From NCBI RefSeq assembly GCF_006345805.1, contig NC_042998.1, positions 206,522,001 to 206,586,000 on the forward strand: a stretch of 64,000 bases of DNA, written 5' to 3'. Source of the stretch: Octopus sinensis. Taxonomy: Eukaryota. Below the pieces are notes generated by a model. The model was not told the origin of the DNA and did no database searches. It worked only from the letters and a program-made list of their open reading frames with translations. Below, piece after piece: positions 37,237-49,468 of the stretch. Positions within the stretch are counted from its first letter, which is position 1. Each line of letters starts with the position of its first letter. The position numbers were made by a program, and so were the translations under genes.

Positions 37237-37902
37237 TTCTCTACTTGATAAGTTTACTAGTGTTGTTGCTAGCGGTATCACACTGTTGATGGAGTTGCTA
37301 TCGTGTTGCTATTTACCGTTGTTACAGATGTTGTTGCTACTACTGCTGCTGCTGCGATTGTTGTTAATGGTGTTGCTAACGGTGCTACCGTTGTTGCTCC
37401 TGCCCTGATGCTATCGCTGTTGCTACTGCCAGTGGCGACACTATTTATTAATGTTGCTAACGCCATTGCTTCTCCTGGTGCTAATTGTTGTTGTAGCACG
37501 TGATTCTAATAATGATTACAGTGGTGGCGGTGGTGTTGCCGGGAGTCGTGATGGCGGCGGAATGTGTATATATATATATGTGTGTATATATATATATGTG
37601 TGTATATATGTGTATATATATATGTGTGTATATATATATATATATGTGTGTGTATATAATCTATATATATTGTGTGTGTGTATTTTATATATATTATGTG
37701 TTGTGTGTATATATATAATATATAATATTGTGTGGTGTGTGTGTGTATATATATGTGTGTGTATATATATGTATATATATATATATATATATATTGTGTG
37801 TTTGTGTGTGTGTATATATATGTGTGTGTATATATATATATATGGTGTGTGTGTGTATATAATATATGTGTGTGTATATAATGTTGGTGTGTGTGTTTGT
37901 AT

Positions 37903-37949
<47 letters not shown>

Positions 37950-38970
37950 TATTATATGTGTGTGTGTATATATATATATATATGGTTATATGTGTATCTT
38001 TGTTTTTTTGCTCTTACCATTGTTGTTGTTATTTTGCTTCTAGTAATGGTTAGCGTACAGGTAGTAGTGGTGGAGGTGGGGGTGACAGTAGATACGACAA
38101 TGTGTGTGTAGTTACGTATGTGTCGTTGCATATCCGTGTGTGCATGTAGCTGTGCGTATCACACGTGTGTGTGTGTGTATGGTGTATGTTGTTGTTGCTA
38201 TCGTTGCTTCGTGAGTTTCAACTTGTCTATTGCTGCTGTAGTAGTAGTAGTAGTAGTAGTAGTGATGGATGTATGTATGCATGTATGTATATATAAGCGT
38301 AAGAGAGTAGGTATGAAAATGTGTATATTTATCTTATTCTTTTATATGTTTCCGCCCTGAGGCTGTAGCCATGCTGGGGCACCGCCAATATATCTATGTA
38401 TGTACGTGTGTGTACACCTATATATATATATTATAACACAAAGTAAGTTAGGGGTTATGGGTGCAACCCACTAAGGGATAGTATTTATCCAATATACTGT
38501 TGGTAAAGTACCCAGATTCTAAATAACATAAATGTTTTTAATTGCAATGCAATTAACTTATTTATTGTATTAAACGGATGAAGGTAAGGAAATATTTTAC
38601 CGTTAATTTATAATACAAATAAGAAAATAGTGAAACAATTTATATAAATTTATATATATATATATATACAGAACCACACACGCCTCTATAACCGGAGTGC
38701 TTGTATGGCTGTACGTGTGCACACACACCTATACACACACAAGCAGGTTGTAGTGGTATGCGTGGTTCACTGTTTAAGGCTGGTTATGTTGTTCTTATTG
38801 CTTGTTCATCCTTTGCAGTGTGGTGGTGTGTGCAGTGCGCCAGATGGTGCACGCAGTGTGGCGTGTGCAGTGTGTGCTAGACGGTGCACGCAGTAAGGTG
38901 CAATATGGGGTATGCAATGCAGTGAGGGTCTTGTTTGCATGCAAAGTGGTGTGCAGTATATGTGCAGTTT

Positions 38971-39695
38971 AGTGAGTGGTATGTGCAAGTATGGCGTGTG
39001 CACTGTACCAAGTGGCATGTGCAGAGGGTACAGTATGGTGCGCAGTGTAGTGAGTGGTATGTGCAAGTATGGCGTGTGCACTGTACCAAGTGGCATGTGC
39101 CGAGGGTACATATGGTGCGCAGTGTAGTGAGTGTATGTGCAAGTATGGCGTGTGCACTGTACCAAGTGGCATGTGCAGAGGGTACAGTATGGTGCGCAGT
39201 GTAGTGAGTGGTATGTGCAAGTATGGCGTGTGCACTGTACCAAGTGGCATGTGCAGAGGGTACAGTATGGTGCGCAGTGTAGTGAGTGGTATGTGCAAGT
39301 ATGGCGTGTGCACTGTACCAAGTGGCATGTGCAGAGGGTACAGTATGGTGCGCAGTGTAGTGAGTGGTATGTGCAAGTATGGCGTGTGCACTGTACCAGT
39401 GGCATGTGCAGAGGTACAGTATGGTGCGCAGTGTAGTGAGTGGTATGTGCAAGTATGGCGTGTGCACTGTAACCAAGTGGCATGTGCAGAGGTACAAGTA
39501 TGGTGCGCGTGTAGTGAGAGTGTGAGTAGGTCGATGGTGCAAGTATGGCGTGTGCACTGTACCAAGTGGCATTTGTTGCAGAGTGGGACAGTATGGTGCG
39601 CAGTGTATGTGTAGTGGTATGTGCAAGTATGGCGTGTGCACTGTACCAAGTGGCATGTGCAGAGGGTACAGTATGGTGCGCAGTGTAGTGAGTGG
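38971..39695. repeat. 78-bp minisatellite, about 9 units
   Basis: AGTGAGTGGTATGTGCAAGTATGGCGTGTGCACTGTACCAAGTGGCATGTGCAGAGGGTACAGTATGGTGCGCAGTGT starts at 38971, 39049, 39126, 39203, 39281, 39359, 39435 and onward. Confidence 0.95.
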
Positions 39696-40139
39696 TGAGT
39701 GCAGAGGACTGCAGTTAATCTGTGCAGCGTGGTGCATCCAGTCCAGTATAGTGCACTGCTTTGTATCACGTATGGTGCATCGTGGTGTATGTGTTGTGGT
39801 GCACGCGTGCAATATGGGTGGCTACATGGGTGCTACATGTGATTGTAGGAGCGGTAATTGATGCAATGTGTGCGTTTATTGTTATCAAGACCCCGTGTTG
39901 ACCCTGTATGTACCAATGGTGATGGTGGTGGTAGTGGTGGTGGTGGAGATGCAGAGGTAGCGGTGATAGTGGTGAGGAAAAGAGGTGGTTGTGACACAGG
40001 TCATGTCGATGGTGTTGATTGTAATGGTGGTGCAGGTGGTGAGGGTAATGGTGATACTTGTGATAGTAGTAGCAGTAGTGGTTAGTGGTGGTGGTGGCCA
40101 AGGGCTATAAACTGTCTGTTGCTGTTTTGCGTTGTAACG

Positions 40140-40202
40140 TGTCTGGTTGTGTTGAGAGAAAGACAGAGAGGAGGAGAGAGAGAAGAGAAGAGAGACAGAC
40201 TG

Positions 40203-40245
<43 letters not shown>

Positions 40246-40409
40246 CAGAGAGAAGAGAGAGACTGAGAAAGAAAGAAAGAAAGAATGAAAGAAAGCGGGA
40301 AAGAAAGAAAGACAGAGAAAGAAAGAAAGAAAGAGAGAAAGAAAGACAGAGAGGGAGAGAGAGAAAAAAACAAAGACAGAGAGAGAGAAAGACACAGAGA
40401 GAGATAGAG

Positions 40410-40456
<47 letters not shown>

Positions 40457-40515
40457 GAGGGAGAGAGAGACAGAGAAGGGGAGAGAGAGAGAGAAGGGGA
40501 GAGAGAGAGAGAGCG
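40140..40515. repeat. (GAAA)n/(GA)n tract
   Basis: Direct reading. Confidence 0.95.
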
Positions 40516-41229
40516 TACATGGAAGTTCATACAAGTGATGATGGTGTTGTTGAAATTGAATGCGAAATATTGACAGAAGGTCAGAGACTTTGAAGGAAGG
40601 AAGGATTCTCCGTTCAAAGGTGAAGGACCTTTCTCTGCCAAAAGACGGAATTGGTGTGAACTGCTGCTGTCTCCTACCAAAACCGCATTTCTATTATGCT
40701 AAACGTTGAAATCTAAAAACAACCATCACCACCAACAACAACAACAACAGCAACACCACCACCATCTGAGGCGGGGGGGGTGTTGGCAGAACAGTCGGAT
40801 AAAATGTTGAGCGTCACTTCTTCCGGCTTTTCACATTCTGAATTCAAATATCTCCGAGGATAAGTTTTGCTTTTCATCTTTTCAAGGTCGGTGAAATATG
40901 TACCCGACATGGGGTGGGACGGATGTAATCGACTTACACTCGCCCCAAAACATTGCTGGCCTTGTGTTAAATTTTGAAACCATTTGAAGCCTCGAGCTGG
41001 TCGAATGGTTAGTACGCTGGGCGAAATACTTAATGGCATTTTGCCCGTCTCTACGTTCTGAGTTCAAATTCCGCCGAGGTTGACTCTGCCTTTCATCCTT
41101 TCGGGGTCAACAAATTAAGTACCAGTTATGCACTGGGGTCAATGAAATCGACTGGCCCCCTCCCTCAAAATTTCAGGCCTTGTGCTTATAGTAGAAAGGA
41201 TTATTGTTATTATTATTATTATTATTATT

Positions 41230-41783
41230 GAGTGAGAGAGCAGTGCATGCCATCAAAGTGACACTGGGGTAAAATATACGAAGCCCAGTATACCCATCAT
41301 GACTACCCGTCTGATAAGGGTACACCAGGCACATGCATCACAACCATATGTGCGCGACATGGTGATCTCATATCAAGATAAACAGCGCATGACCTTGCAG
41401 GTGGGGCCCAGTTAGAATTTTCTTCTGGTCGAGTAGCCCATCCCATTCAAAAGGTCCCAGAGTAAGGGTTATTTAAGGATGTTGAAAGAACCACCCATGT
41501 TTCCAGAGGTGAATTATCCAAACCCCAAAGAATCCCTCTCAACACATGGCTATGATGCTCCCCCACTACTTCTGCTCGTGATCAGAGATGCACATATCGT
41601 CAGCCACTAAGGGACATGCTCAACTGGTTAAGGTCAAACAACCGACAAGCAAATCTGTGGTATTGAGCAGAATATTTGCTGTAGTCCATCTTTTATACCA
41701 AGACAAAACAATGTACATGATAACACTTCCAATCAGTTAAGATCAGGAGCCATGAGAGCCACTGCCTGGTGCTGCATCAGGGC
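41230..41783 (-). mobile_element. Family E, about 555-bp unclassified interspersed element in an (AAT)n context
   Basis: Collinear homologues at 53239-54165 and partial ones at 51790-52010, 60615-60860 and 61160-61410; no tRNA head or TIR recognised. Strand inferred from the (AAT)n end. Confidence 0.75.
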
Positions 41784-42180
41784 AATTATTATTATTGCTA
41801 TTATTACCATCGCCTTTGCTCAGCTTCTAACGCTGGTAATAATGCCATACGGTTTCAAGTGGCGTACATTGGGCTTCCCGGTATTTCGTCTGCCGTTACA
41901 TTCCGAGTTCAAATTCCGCCGACGTCGACTTTGCCTTTGATCCTTTCGGGGTCGATAAATTAAGTACCAGTTGGACACTGGGGTCGATGTAATTGATTCA
42001 CCCCATCTCTCCCAAGCTGCCCTTGTGGCAAAAATTTGAAATATTATTATTAAACTTTATAGTTTATAATCAATCTTTAACAGTTCAATAAAATGTTTAA
42101 AGGTGAAGTTTCGGAATGAACATTCACTGAAGCGTATCTTATTTTATTACGGAAATTTCTTCAAAATCTTAATCCTTACC

Positions 42181-42252
42181 AAAATTCTGGCGCAGTGGAA
42201 GCATGATGGGCCCATAACCCAGAGGTCTATAGAGCCTAACTAAACTCTGCTA
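42181..42252 (+). pseudogene. Initiator tRNA-Met (CAT) pseudogene
   Basis: TGGCGCAGTGGAAGCATGATGGGCCCATAACCCAGAGGTC...CTCTGCTA versus metazoan tRNAi TGGCGCAGCGGAAGCGTGCTGGGCCCATAACCCAGAGGTCGATGGATCGAAACCATCCTCTGCTA; 5' acceptor strand and T-arm decayed; T-run 5 nt downstream. Confidence 0.8.
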
Positions 42253-42334
42253 AAGTATTTTTTATAGGCACACACCGCTAAGCTTTCGCCCGGCGTGCTA
42301 ACGTTTATGCCAGCTCACCGCCTAAAAACATTCG

Positions 42335-43260
42335 TTTCTATTATAGGCACAAGGCCTGAAATTTTCAGAGAGGTGGGGGCAGTTGATTACATCGACCCCA
42401 GTACGCAACTGGTACTTAATTTATCGACCCCGAAAGAATGAAAGCCAAAGTCGACCTCGGCAGAATTTGAACTCAGAACGTAGCAGCAGACGAAATACCT
42501 GTTTCTTTACTACCCACAAGGGGCTAAACACAGAGAGGACAAACAAACGGATTAAGTCGATTATATCGACCCCAGTGCGTGTCTGGTACTTCATTTATCG
42601 ACCCCGAAAGGATGAAAAGCAAAGTCGACCTCGGCGGAATTTGAACTCAGAAAACGTAGCGACAGACGAAATACCTATTTCTTTACTACCCACAGGGGCT
42701 AAACACAGAGGGGACAAACAAGGACAGACAAACGGATTAAGTCGATTACATCGACCCCAGTACGCAACTGGTACTTAATTATCGACCCCGAAAGAATGAA
42801 AGCCAAGTCGACCTCGGCAGAATTTGAACTCAGAACGTAGCAGCAGACGAAATACCTGTTTCTTTACTACCCACAAGGGGCTAAACACAGAGAGGACAAA
42901 CAAACGGATTAAGTCGATTATATCGACCCCAGTGCGTGTCTGGTACTTCATTTATCGACCCCGAAAGGATGAAAAGCAAAGTCGACCTCGGCGGAATTTG
43001 AACTCAGAACGTAGCGACAGACGAAATACCTATTTCTTTACTACCCACAAGGGGCTAAACACAGAGGGGACAAACAAGGACAGACAAACGGATTAAGTCG
43101 ATTACATCGACCCCAGTACGCAACTGGTACTTAATTTATCGACCCCGAAAGGATGAAAAGTAAAATCGACCTCGGCGGAATTTGAACTCAGAACGTAGAG
43201 GAAGACGAAATACCGCGAAGCATTTTGCCTGGCGTGCTAACGATTCTGCCAGCCTCGTCG
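42335..43260 (-). mobile_element. SINE family B head-to-tail pentamer containing an about 357-bp higher-order duplication
   Basis: Five bodies with the same linker; 42385-42740 nearly identical to 42742-43098. Confidence 0.9.
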
Positions 43261-43299
43261 CCAAAGAAGAATGTGAAAATGTAAAACAAAGCTATGTAG

Positions 43300-43366
43300 G
43301 TCTATAGGCCGACTTACGACCAGTCAGTCGAAACCAATTGCGGTCGTAAGTCGACGACAACCCGTA
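43300..43366. mobile_element. Collapsed Tigger/pogo-type MITE remnant
   Basis: Perfect 12-bp inverted repeat CGACTTACGACC (43310-43321) / GGTCGTAAGTCG (43342-43353), TA-ending flank. Confidence 0.55.
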
Positions 43367-43794
43367 TATACCGCCAATGCTTGTAGTGGTGTTATATACT
43401 ACATAAAATCCCCTTTCTCTCTCTATAAACACACACACACACACACACACACATAAAGGTACATTACTCATGCGTTTAGAGTTTGTTTATGGTGGTGTAA
43501 GTGCTTTAGGCGGTCACTAATGTCAAATTAGAACCCGGAACTAAATTAATTTGCCCTGACATTATGTTGGCGATGCGTTGAAAAAAAGTGTGTTAATGAA
43601 AGAAAGAGGATGGTAATTGCTAAAAAGTTTGAGAGACATTATTATTTAACCGCATTAAAAGGCAATAATCCATTTTTACACAAATCTCTCTCGAAATGTT
43701 TTATGGTGTCTAACCAAATTTTCTCATTGAATCTTAAAAGAAAAGAAAAATTCAGGCGATTCTTTTCAAGATGCCCTTGTGGGCAGTAAAGAAA

Positions 43795-44052
43795 TTTTAT
43801 AATTTGTATATGTTTATTTTATTATAAACACAAAACAACACCACGGAGGGATCGACGGTTTCCATGTATCAAATCCACTCACAAGGCTTTGGTCAACCAG
43901 GGGCTATAGTAAAGGACTCTTGCCCGTGATGCGATGCAGTGGGAATGAACTGGAACCATGCGGTTCGGAAACAAATTACGGGCTTCTTTCAGTTTCCATC
44001 TACCAAATCCACTCACAAGGCTTTGGTCATCCCAAGGCTATAGTAGAAGACA
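43795..44052 (+). repeat. Local about 258-bp direct duplication of 46087-46345
   Basis: Near-identical Tigger fragment plus two SINE A pieces at both sites. Confidence 0.9.
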
Positions 44053-44439
44053 ATCCCCAAAGGTTACAGGTTAAAAACCGAAGGAATATTGTCCACCGAT
44101 TCGTTGGTTCTCACTGTAACAGATGCAATGACTAAATATCGGAATGGAACGATTGGGGACAGTTGTTTGTATAGGTATCTATTTGACACGGCTGACTGGA
44201 CATCCAGTATGTTTTGGGGGTAGTACTTTATGGTGCGGGCAGGAGAGAGAGGGGGAGAGAGAGAGAGGGGGGGAGATTATAATTTATTAACTGAACACGA
44301 TTGACATAAACACTCCCTCTCTCCTCAAACAAACATGCGCACACACTTCAACAGAGAGAAAGGGGGGGAGATAGAGGGTGTGAGGTTGAGAGAGACAGAG
44401 GAAGGGAGGGGTGGAGAGAACGAGAGACACATTAAACTA

Positions 44440-45690
44440 TTGTGAAATTGCTTTGGTCAGTGTGGCACTGAAGTAGATGACCATGGTTTCTTCAACACGA
44501 GGCTGGAGTAGAAGACGAGATTATTTATTGCCAACCCTGGTCTCGCAAGAGACAGATCTTTGGTCAGTCTGAAGATATAGCAGAGACAAGACTTTGGCAA
44601 ATATGGGATTATATATTTTAAAAAAATCTTTAACCCAGGTTTACAGCAGAATTAAGGCCAGCAGATGAAAGGGTTTTGGTAAGCCGGGGTGGAGGACTAA
44701 CAGACAACAGAGATTTGGGGGGGGGGGGCATGTCTGGCAGAAGACAAATTTTTCGTCTGTCTGCAGTTATAGTAAAGACAACGCTTTTGGCAGCATGGGA
44801 TGATGTAAAAGAAAAAGGGATTGTTTAGCCCGAGGTCACAGTAAAAGAGAGGGTTTTGTTCAGTCCGAGGCTAGAGTAGAAGAAAGGAATTTGTTCAGCT
44901 CTAAGCAAACAGGAAAGATGACATTGATCAATCCGGGTCAAGGCTAAGGTCAGCCTGTGACCAATAACAGTGAAAGCTTTGGTCAGCTCGGTGACATAAT
45001 TCAAGACGATGGTTAGTCCATAACTATATAGAAGACAATGTTTTGGTCAAAAGGGTGAATAGCTGAAGACAAAAAATTGAGCCATGTATAATCCTTTCTA
45101 TTATAGGCACAAGGCCCGAAATTTTGGGGGAGGGGGCCAGTCGATGACATCGACCCCAGTGCGTAACTGGTACTTAATTTATCGACACCGCAAGGATGAA
45201 AGCCAAAGTCGACCTCGGCGGAATTTGAACTCAGAACGTAACGGCAGATGAAATACGGCTACGCATTTCGCCCGGCGTGCTAACGTGTCTGCCATCTCAC
45301 CCCCGCCTTAATCAGAGCCATGTATAATAGCAGAAGTCAAAGCTTTAGTAAGACCGGAGATAGGAAAAAACAAGTCCTGGTCCGACAAGAGAAAATTCTT
45401 TGGGTCAGCCAGGGCTATAATAAGTGACAATGCCCTAGAGTCAAGCTGAGGGAATGTAGAAAAGAAGGATTTGGTATTCTTGGGACAACAATGGACACAC
45501 GTTTTGGTCATCTTGAGGATAAAGAGAAAACAGGATTTGGGGCAGTGAGATGCTAATAGGGAAAAGTCTTTGGTCAAACCAGAGCAAAGGTAGAAGATAA
45601 ATGTTTGGTTAACCATGGGAATCATTGAAAGCAAGACTTTTGTCACTTCAAGTTGAACGGGAACCAAATCACTTCTTTGCCGGACGTTAT
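44440..45690 (+). repeat. Highly diverged 34-35 bp tandem array related to a SINE A segment
   Basis: Recurrent (C)TTTGGTCAG...GAGGCTATAGTAGAAGAC-like units with 34-35 bp spacing (e.g. 44558/44592; 44820/44855/44890; 45569/45604/45638). Confidence 0.75.
45093..45314 (-). mobile_element. SINE family B monomer inserted into the diverged array
   Basis: 14-bp TSD GAGCCATGTATAAT at 45079-45092 and 45315-45328. Confidence 0.9.
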
Positions 45691-45973
45691 AGCAGAAGAC
45701 ATAGCATTGGTTTGGCGTGGGACTTTGTTGGGGAAGAACTTCTACAGCCAGGTGCCCTTCCTGTTGCCAACCCTCACCAGTTTCCAAGGAAGATATTTCC
45801 CCCATGGTCAGACATCCTTTTGTAGAATTGTCGAAACGAATGACACCACATGTATGACGGTGAGACTCACCTACAACTATTATGTATTGTCAAAACAAGG
45901 AGACACAAACACACATATTAACACACTTACATATCTATACGTGTATATACACACACATACAGCGGAGACTGTA

Positions 45974-46150
45974 TACAGTTATCCCTCGACTATTGCGGGT
46001 GTTACGTTCCAACCCTGCCGCCCACGATAAGTGAAAATCCGCGAAGTAGAAACAATACTCTACTGTATATTTTTTTTTATTTTCATTTTTATAATTTGTA
46101 TATGTTTATTTTATTATAAACACAAAACAACACCACGGAGGGATCGACGG
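45974..46150 (+). mobile_element. Tigger/pogo-like DNA transposon 5' end
   Basis: TA|CAGTTATCCCTCGACTATTGCGGGTGTTACGTTCC...CGCGAAGT resembles Tigger-type TIRs. Confidence 0.65.
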
Positions 46151-46848
46151 TTTCCATGTATCAAATCCACTCACAAGGCTTTGGTCAACCAGGGGCTATA
46201 GTAAAGGACTCTTGCCCGTGATGCGATGCAGTGGGAACGAACCCGGAACCATGCGGTTCGGAAACAAATTACGGGCTTCTTTCAGTTTCCATCTACCAAA
46301 TCCACTCACAAGGCTTTGGTCATCCCAAGGCTATAGTAGAAGACACTTGCCCAGGGTGTCATGCAGTAGGACTGAACTCGGAACCATGTGGTTGCGAAGC
46401 AAAATTCTTACCACACAGCCTCGCATGGGCCTATATGTACTTATACCGAAATTTCGTGTACACAGATCGCATTATTAGTAATAATTACGAAATATTTACC
46501 ATCACCGCTTCAACTAGAATTGCTCAACTTTCTTCATATTTTTCACACGTTTTCTCACTCCCACCTCTCTCTCTCTCTCTCTCTCTCATTTACTTCCTAT
46601 TATTATTTCTCCCACTCTCCCTCTTCTCCCCCTGCCACCAACGCACACTCCTTCATTACCTCTCACTCTTTTATTTTTGTAGAGTTTTCTGTTTGTTTTC
46701 AATGAGTCTATTGTTTGTTGTGTTTGCTATGTTTTTTTTTTATCCTTGACTAAAGGCTTGTCGTCAGCCAAAGAAATACGCTGGAATTTCAACACCAAGC
46801 ATGAACCACTTCTGTCCTAGTTTCCGGCTAAAATGTTTAGCTTCTTAC

Positions 46849-46891
<43 letters not shown>

Positions 46892-46945
46892 AGGGGAGAG
46901 AGAGAGAGGTGTGTTATGCGGCTAGAGCAAACTATTACCCAATGC

Positions 46946-46983
<38 letters not shown>

Positions 46984-46985
<2 letters not shown>

Positions 46986-47254
46986 ATGGGATCACGGGAC
47001 CGATCAGATGTTGTTACACATCGCTGGTCACAATGCGTTCGCATTGTTTTAGCCTTCGAATGACGCCACCCCGCTGGCTAAGCGAGCAGGCCAACAGAAG
47101 AAAGAGTGAGAGAAAGAGTGGTGAAAGAGTACAGCAGGGATCACCACCCCCTGCCGGAGCATCGTGGAGCTTTTAGGTGTTTTCGCTCAATGAACACTCA
47201 CACGGTCTGGCTGGGAATCGAAACCGCGATCCTAACCACTAGGCCATTGCGCCT

Positions 47255-47255
<1 letters not shown>
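46984..47255 (-). mobile_element. SINE family D, tail type 1
   Basis: Homologous to 15266-15567. Confidence 0.85.
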
Positions 47256-47301
<46 letters not shown>

Positions 47302-47522
47302 CAACAATTGAGGGTAAAATTAATTAGTTATTAATCAATTTCACCAAGTATTCAGTATGTAAAAGGACCATTTAAGGCGAATTCAAAATATTACATTATA
47401 TAAAAGGGCTTAGTTAAAATAAATTACTTTGCCACATACTGAACTCATTAGAAATAGCAGCCAAAAAATTTTTTTAGCTATTTCTAATACTTAAAGAAAA
47501 TTTCTCTCAGATAGTGTTTACT

Positions 47523-47577
<55 letters not shown>

Positions 47578-47904
47578 TCGTTTTTGGATTTGGTTTGCAA
47601 GATTCTTTATATGAGTTCGTGTGTTGAAGCATTGAAAAGGTTGCAAGACGCAACAAAAATTTTAGGACAATAAAAATAAGGAAAAAAGTGGAAATTTTAC
47701 CGGTGAGTGTGTTACACTATAAGGCACAAAAAGAAAATGACTCTCCCCAGACACAACAGTATATATATATATGATTCTTAAATTCTTGAACAAGAATATT
47801 GGCCAGTTAAGCCATTGACTTGTTTAAGAATAATAAATTTGTACTCTACAAAAGTATAAACTAGGCCATCAGATAAATGAAAAATTATTTTTATTGCTGT
47901 CTTC

Positions 47905-48195
47905 TGGCGGACGTGATCTGGGCATGACCGTAAACAACGATCTTCGTTGGACAAACCACGTCTCTAAGATTGTCAAAAAGGCTGACGGTGTCCTAGCATC
48001 ACTCAGTAAGATCTTTGCCGTCCATTCTCCAGCTATCCATTTAAAATTGTATACGACAATTGTATACGACCCTTGGAATTTGCATCAGTAGTCTGGAACC
48101 CCTATCTTGCTCAGCGTATAAATCTCCTGGAAACTGTTCAGAAACGTGCTACAAATCGAATACCTGCCGTCAGACATCTACAATACTCTGAACTT
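47905..48195 (+). mobile_element. CR1-clade LINE ORF2 (post-RT) fragment
   Basis: RDLGMTVNNDLRWTNHVSKIVKKADGVL...LKLYTTIV / LEFASVVWNPYLAQRINLLETVQKRAT..IP...LQYSE, classic CR1 motifs with one frameshift. Confidence 0.9.
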
Positions 48196-48951
48196 CTTGC
48201 TACTTTTATCCTTTCGTCCTTTCTAGTTAGCACCATGCATTCCTTACTCTTTCCCTCCCTTCTACACTATCAACTAGCAACCAGTGAGCGAACTTGTCAC
48301 TGCCACTACAATTATCCTATTTTCCTGTATATAAACCGCTATTTGTTTTATTTTACCTTCATAGTTTGATAATGTTATTTTTTCTATCTAATAAAGACTT
48401 TTATATTGACGAAATGTGTTTGTTGTTGATTATAGAAAGATAAAATCACGACAATAATAAAACATCTCATAGTTGTAAAACAAGGCATTTTGAAACCACA
48501 AACACGTCAACAACAAAAAGGCTGGGCGCGGACTCGTTACTCTGTAAGTGTTTTAAACACCAGCGCGCCTTATGTGGGGATAAAAAACACTGATGTCGGG
48601 CAAACGAATAAATATATGTAAATAATATTTCTTCCTTCTTGGTGTTGATTCTCGAACAGAGTGGTGACATTTAGTAGAGATGACCCGGAAGCTGTTCCTC
48701 CTCGATTACTATCGTACACAGCAGTAGCTGTATTCAACCGAATGCACGTCGATGATTGGTTGAAATTACCCAAATACGACAACACGAAATAACTTCTAAA
48801 ATACGAAATTTTGTCAAAAACGTTCAGAGTAAACCGTGTTCTACGTGAGAAATTCTACCAGTATTCCAAGTATTTTAAACTGTTTAGTTAAAACAAATTA
48901 ATTTAAAAATCTGTGATTGAGATGGAATACATCCCAATTTCGTCTATTATA

Positions 48952-48993
<42 letters not shown>

Positions 48994-49099
48994 GTGTGTA
49001 TGCGTGCGCGCGCACGTATATACATACGTACATATTACACTCGTACACATGTACACACGATCACATTCGTGTGTGTATATGTGTGTGCGTATGTATGTA

Positions 49100-49468
49100 G
49101 AGGCACAATGGCCTAGTGGTTAGGACAGCGGACTCGCGGTGGTAGGACCGTGGTTTCAATTCCCAGATGGGGTGTTGTGGGTGTTTATTGAGCGAAAACA
49201 CCCAAAGCTCCAGCAGGGGGGGGGGGTGGCAAACCCTGCTGTACTCTTTCACCACAACTTTCTCTCACTCTTTCTGCCTGTTTCTGTTGTACCTGTATTT
49301 CAAAGGGCCAGCCTTGTCACATTCGGTGTCATGCTGAATCTCCTTGAGAACTACGTTAAGGGCACACGTGTCTCTGGAGTGCTCAGCCACTTGCATGTTA
49401 ATTTCATGAGCAGGCTGTTCCTTTGATCGGATCAACTGGAACCCTCGTCGTCGTAACCGACGGAGGGC
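49100..49468 (+). mobile_element. SINE family D with tail type 2
   Basis: D head plus TTCAAAGGGCCAGCCTTGTCAC...GTCGTCGTAACCGACGGA tail. Confidence 0.85.

Noticed and set aside
41715-41765. Faint similarity of the family E end to the U2 snRNA 5' region
   Set aside because: Needs several gaps over about 40 nt; not distinguishable from chance by eye.
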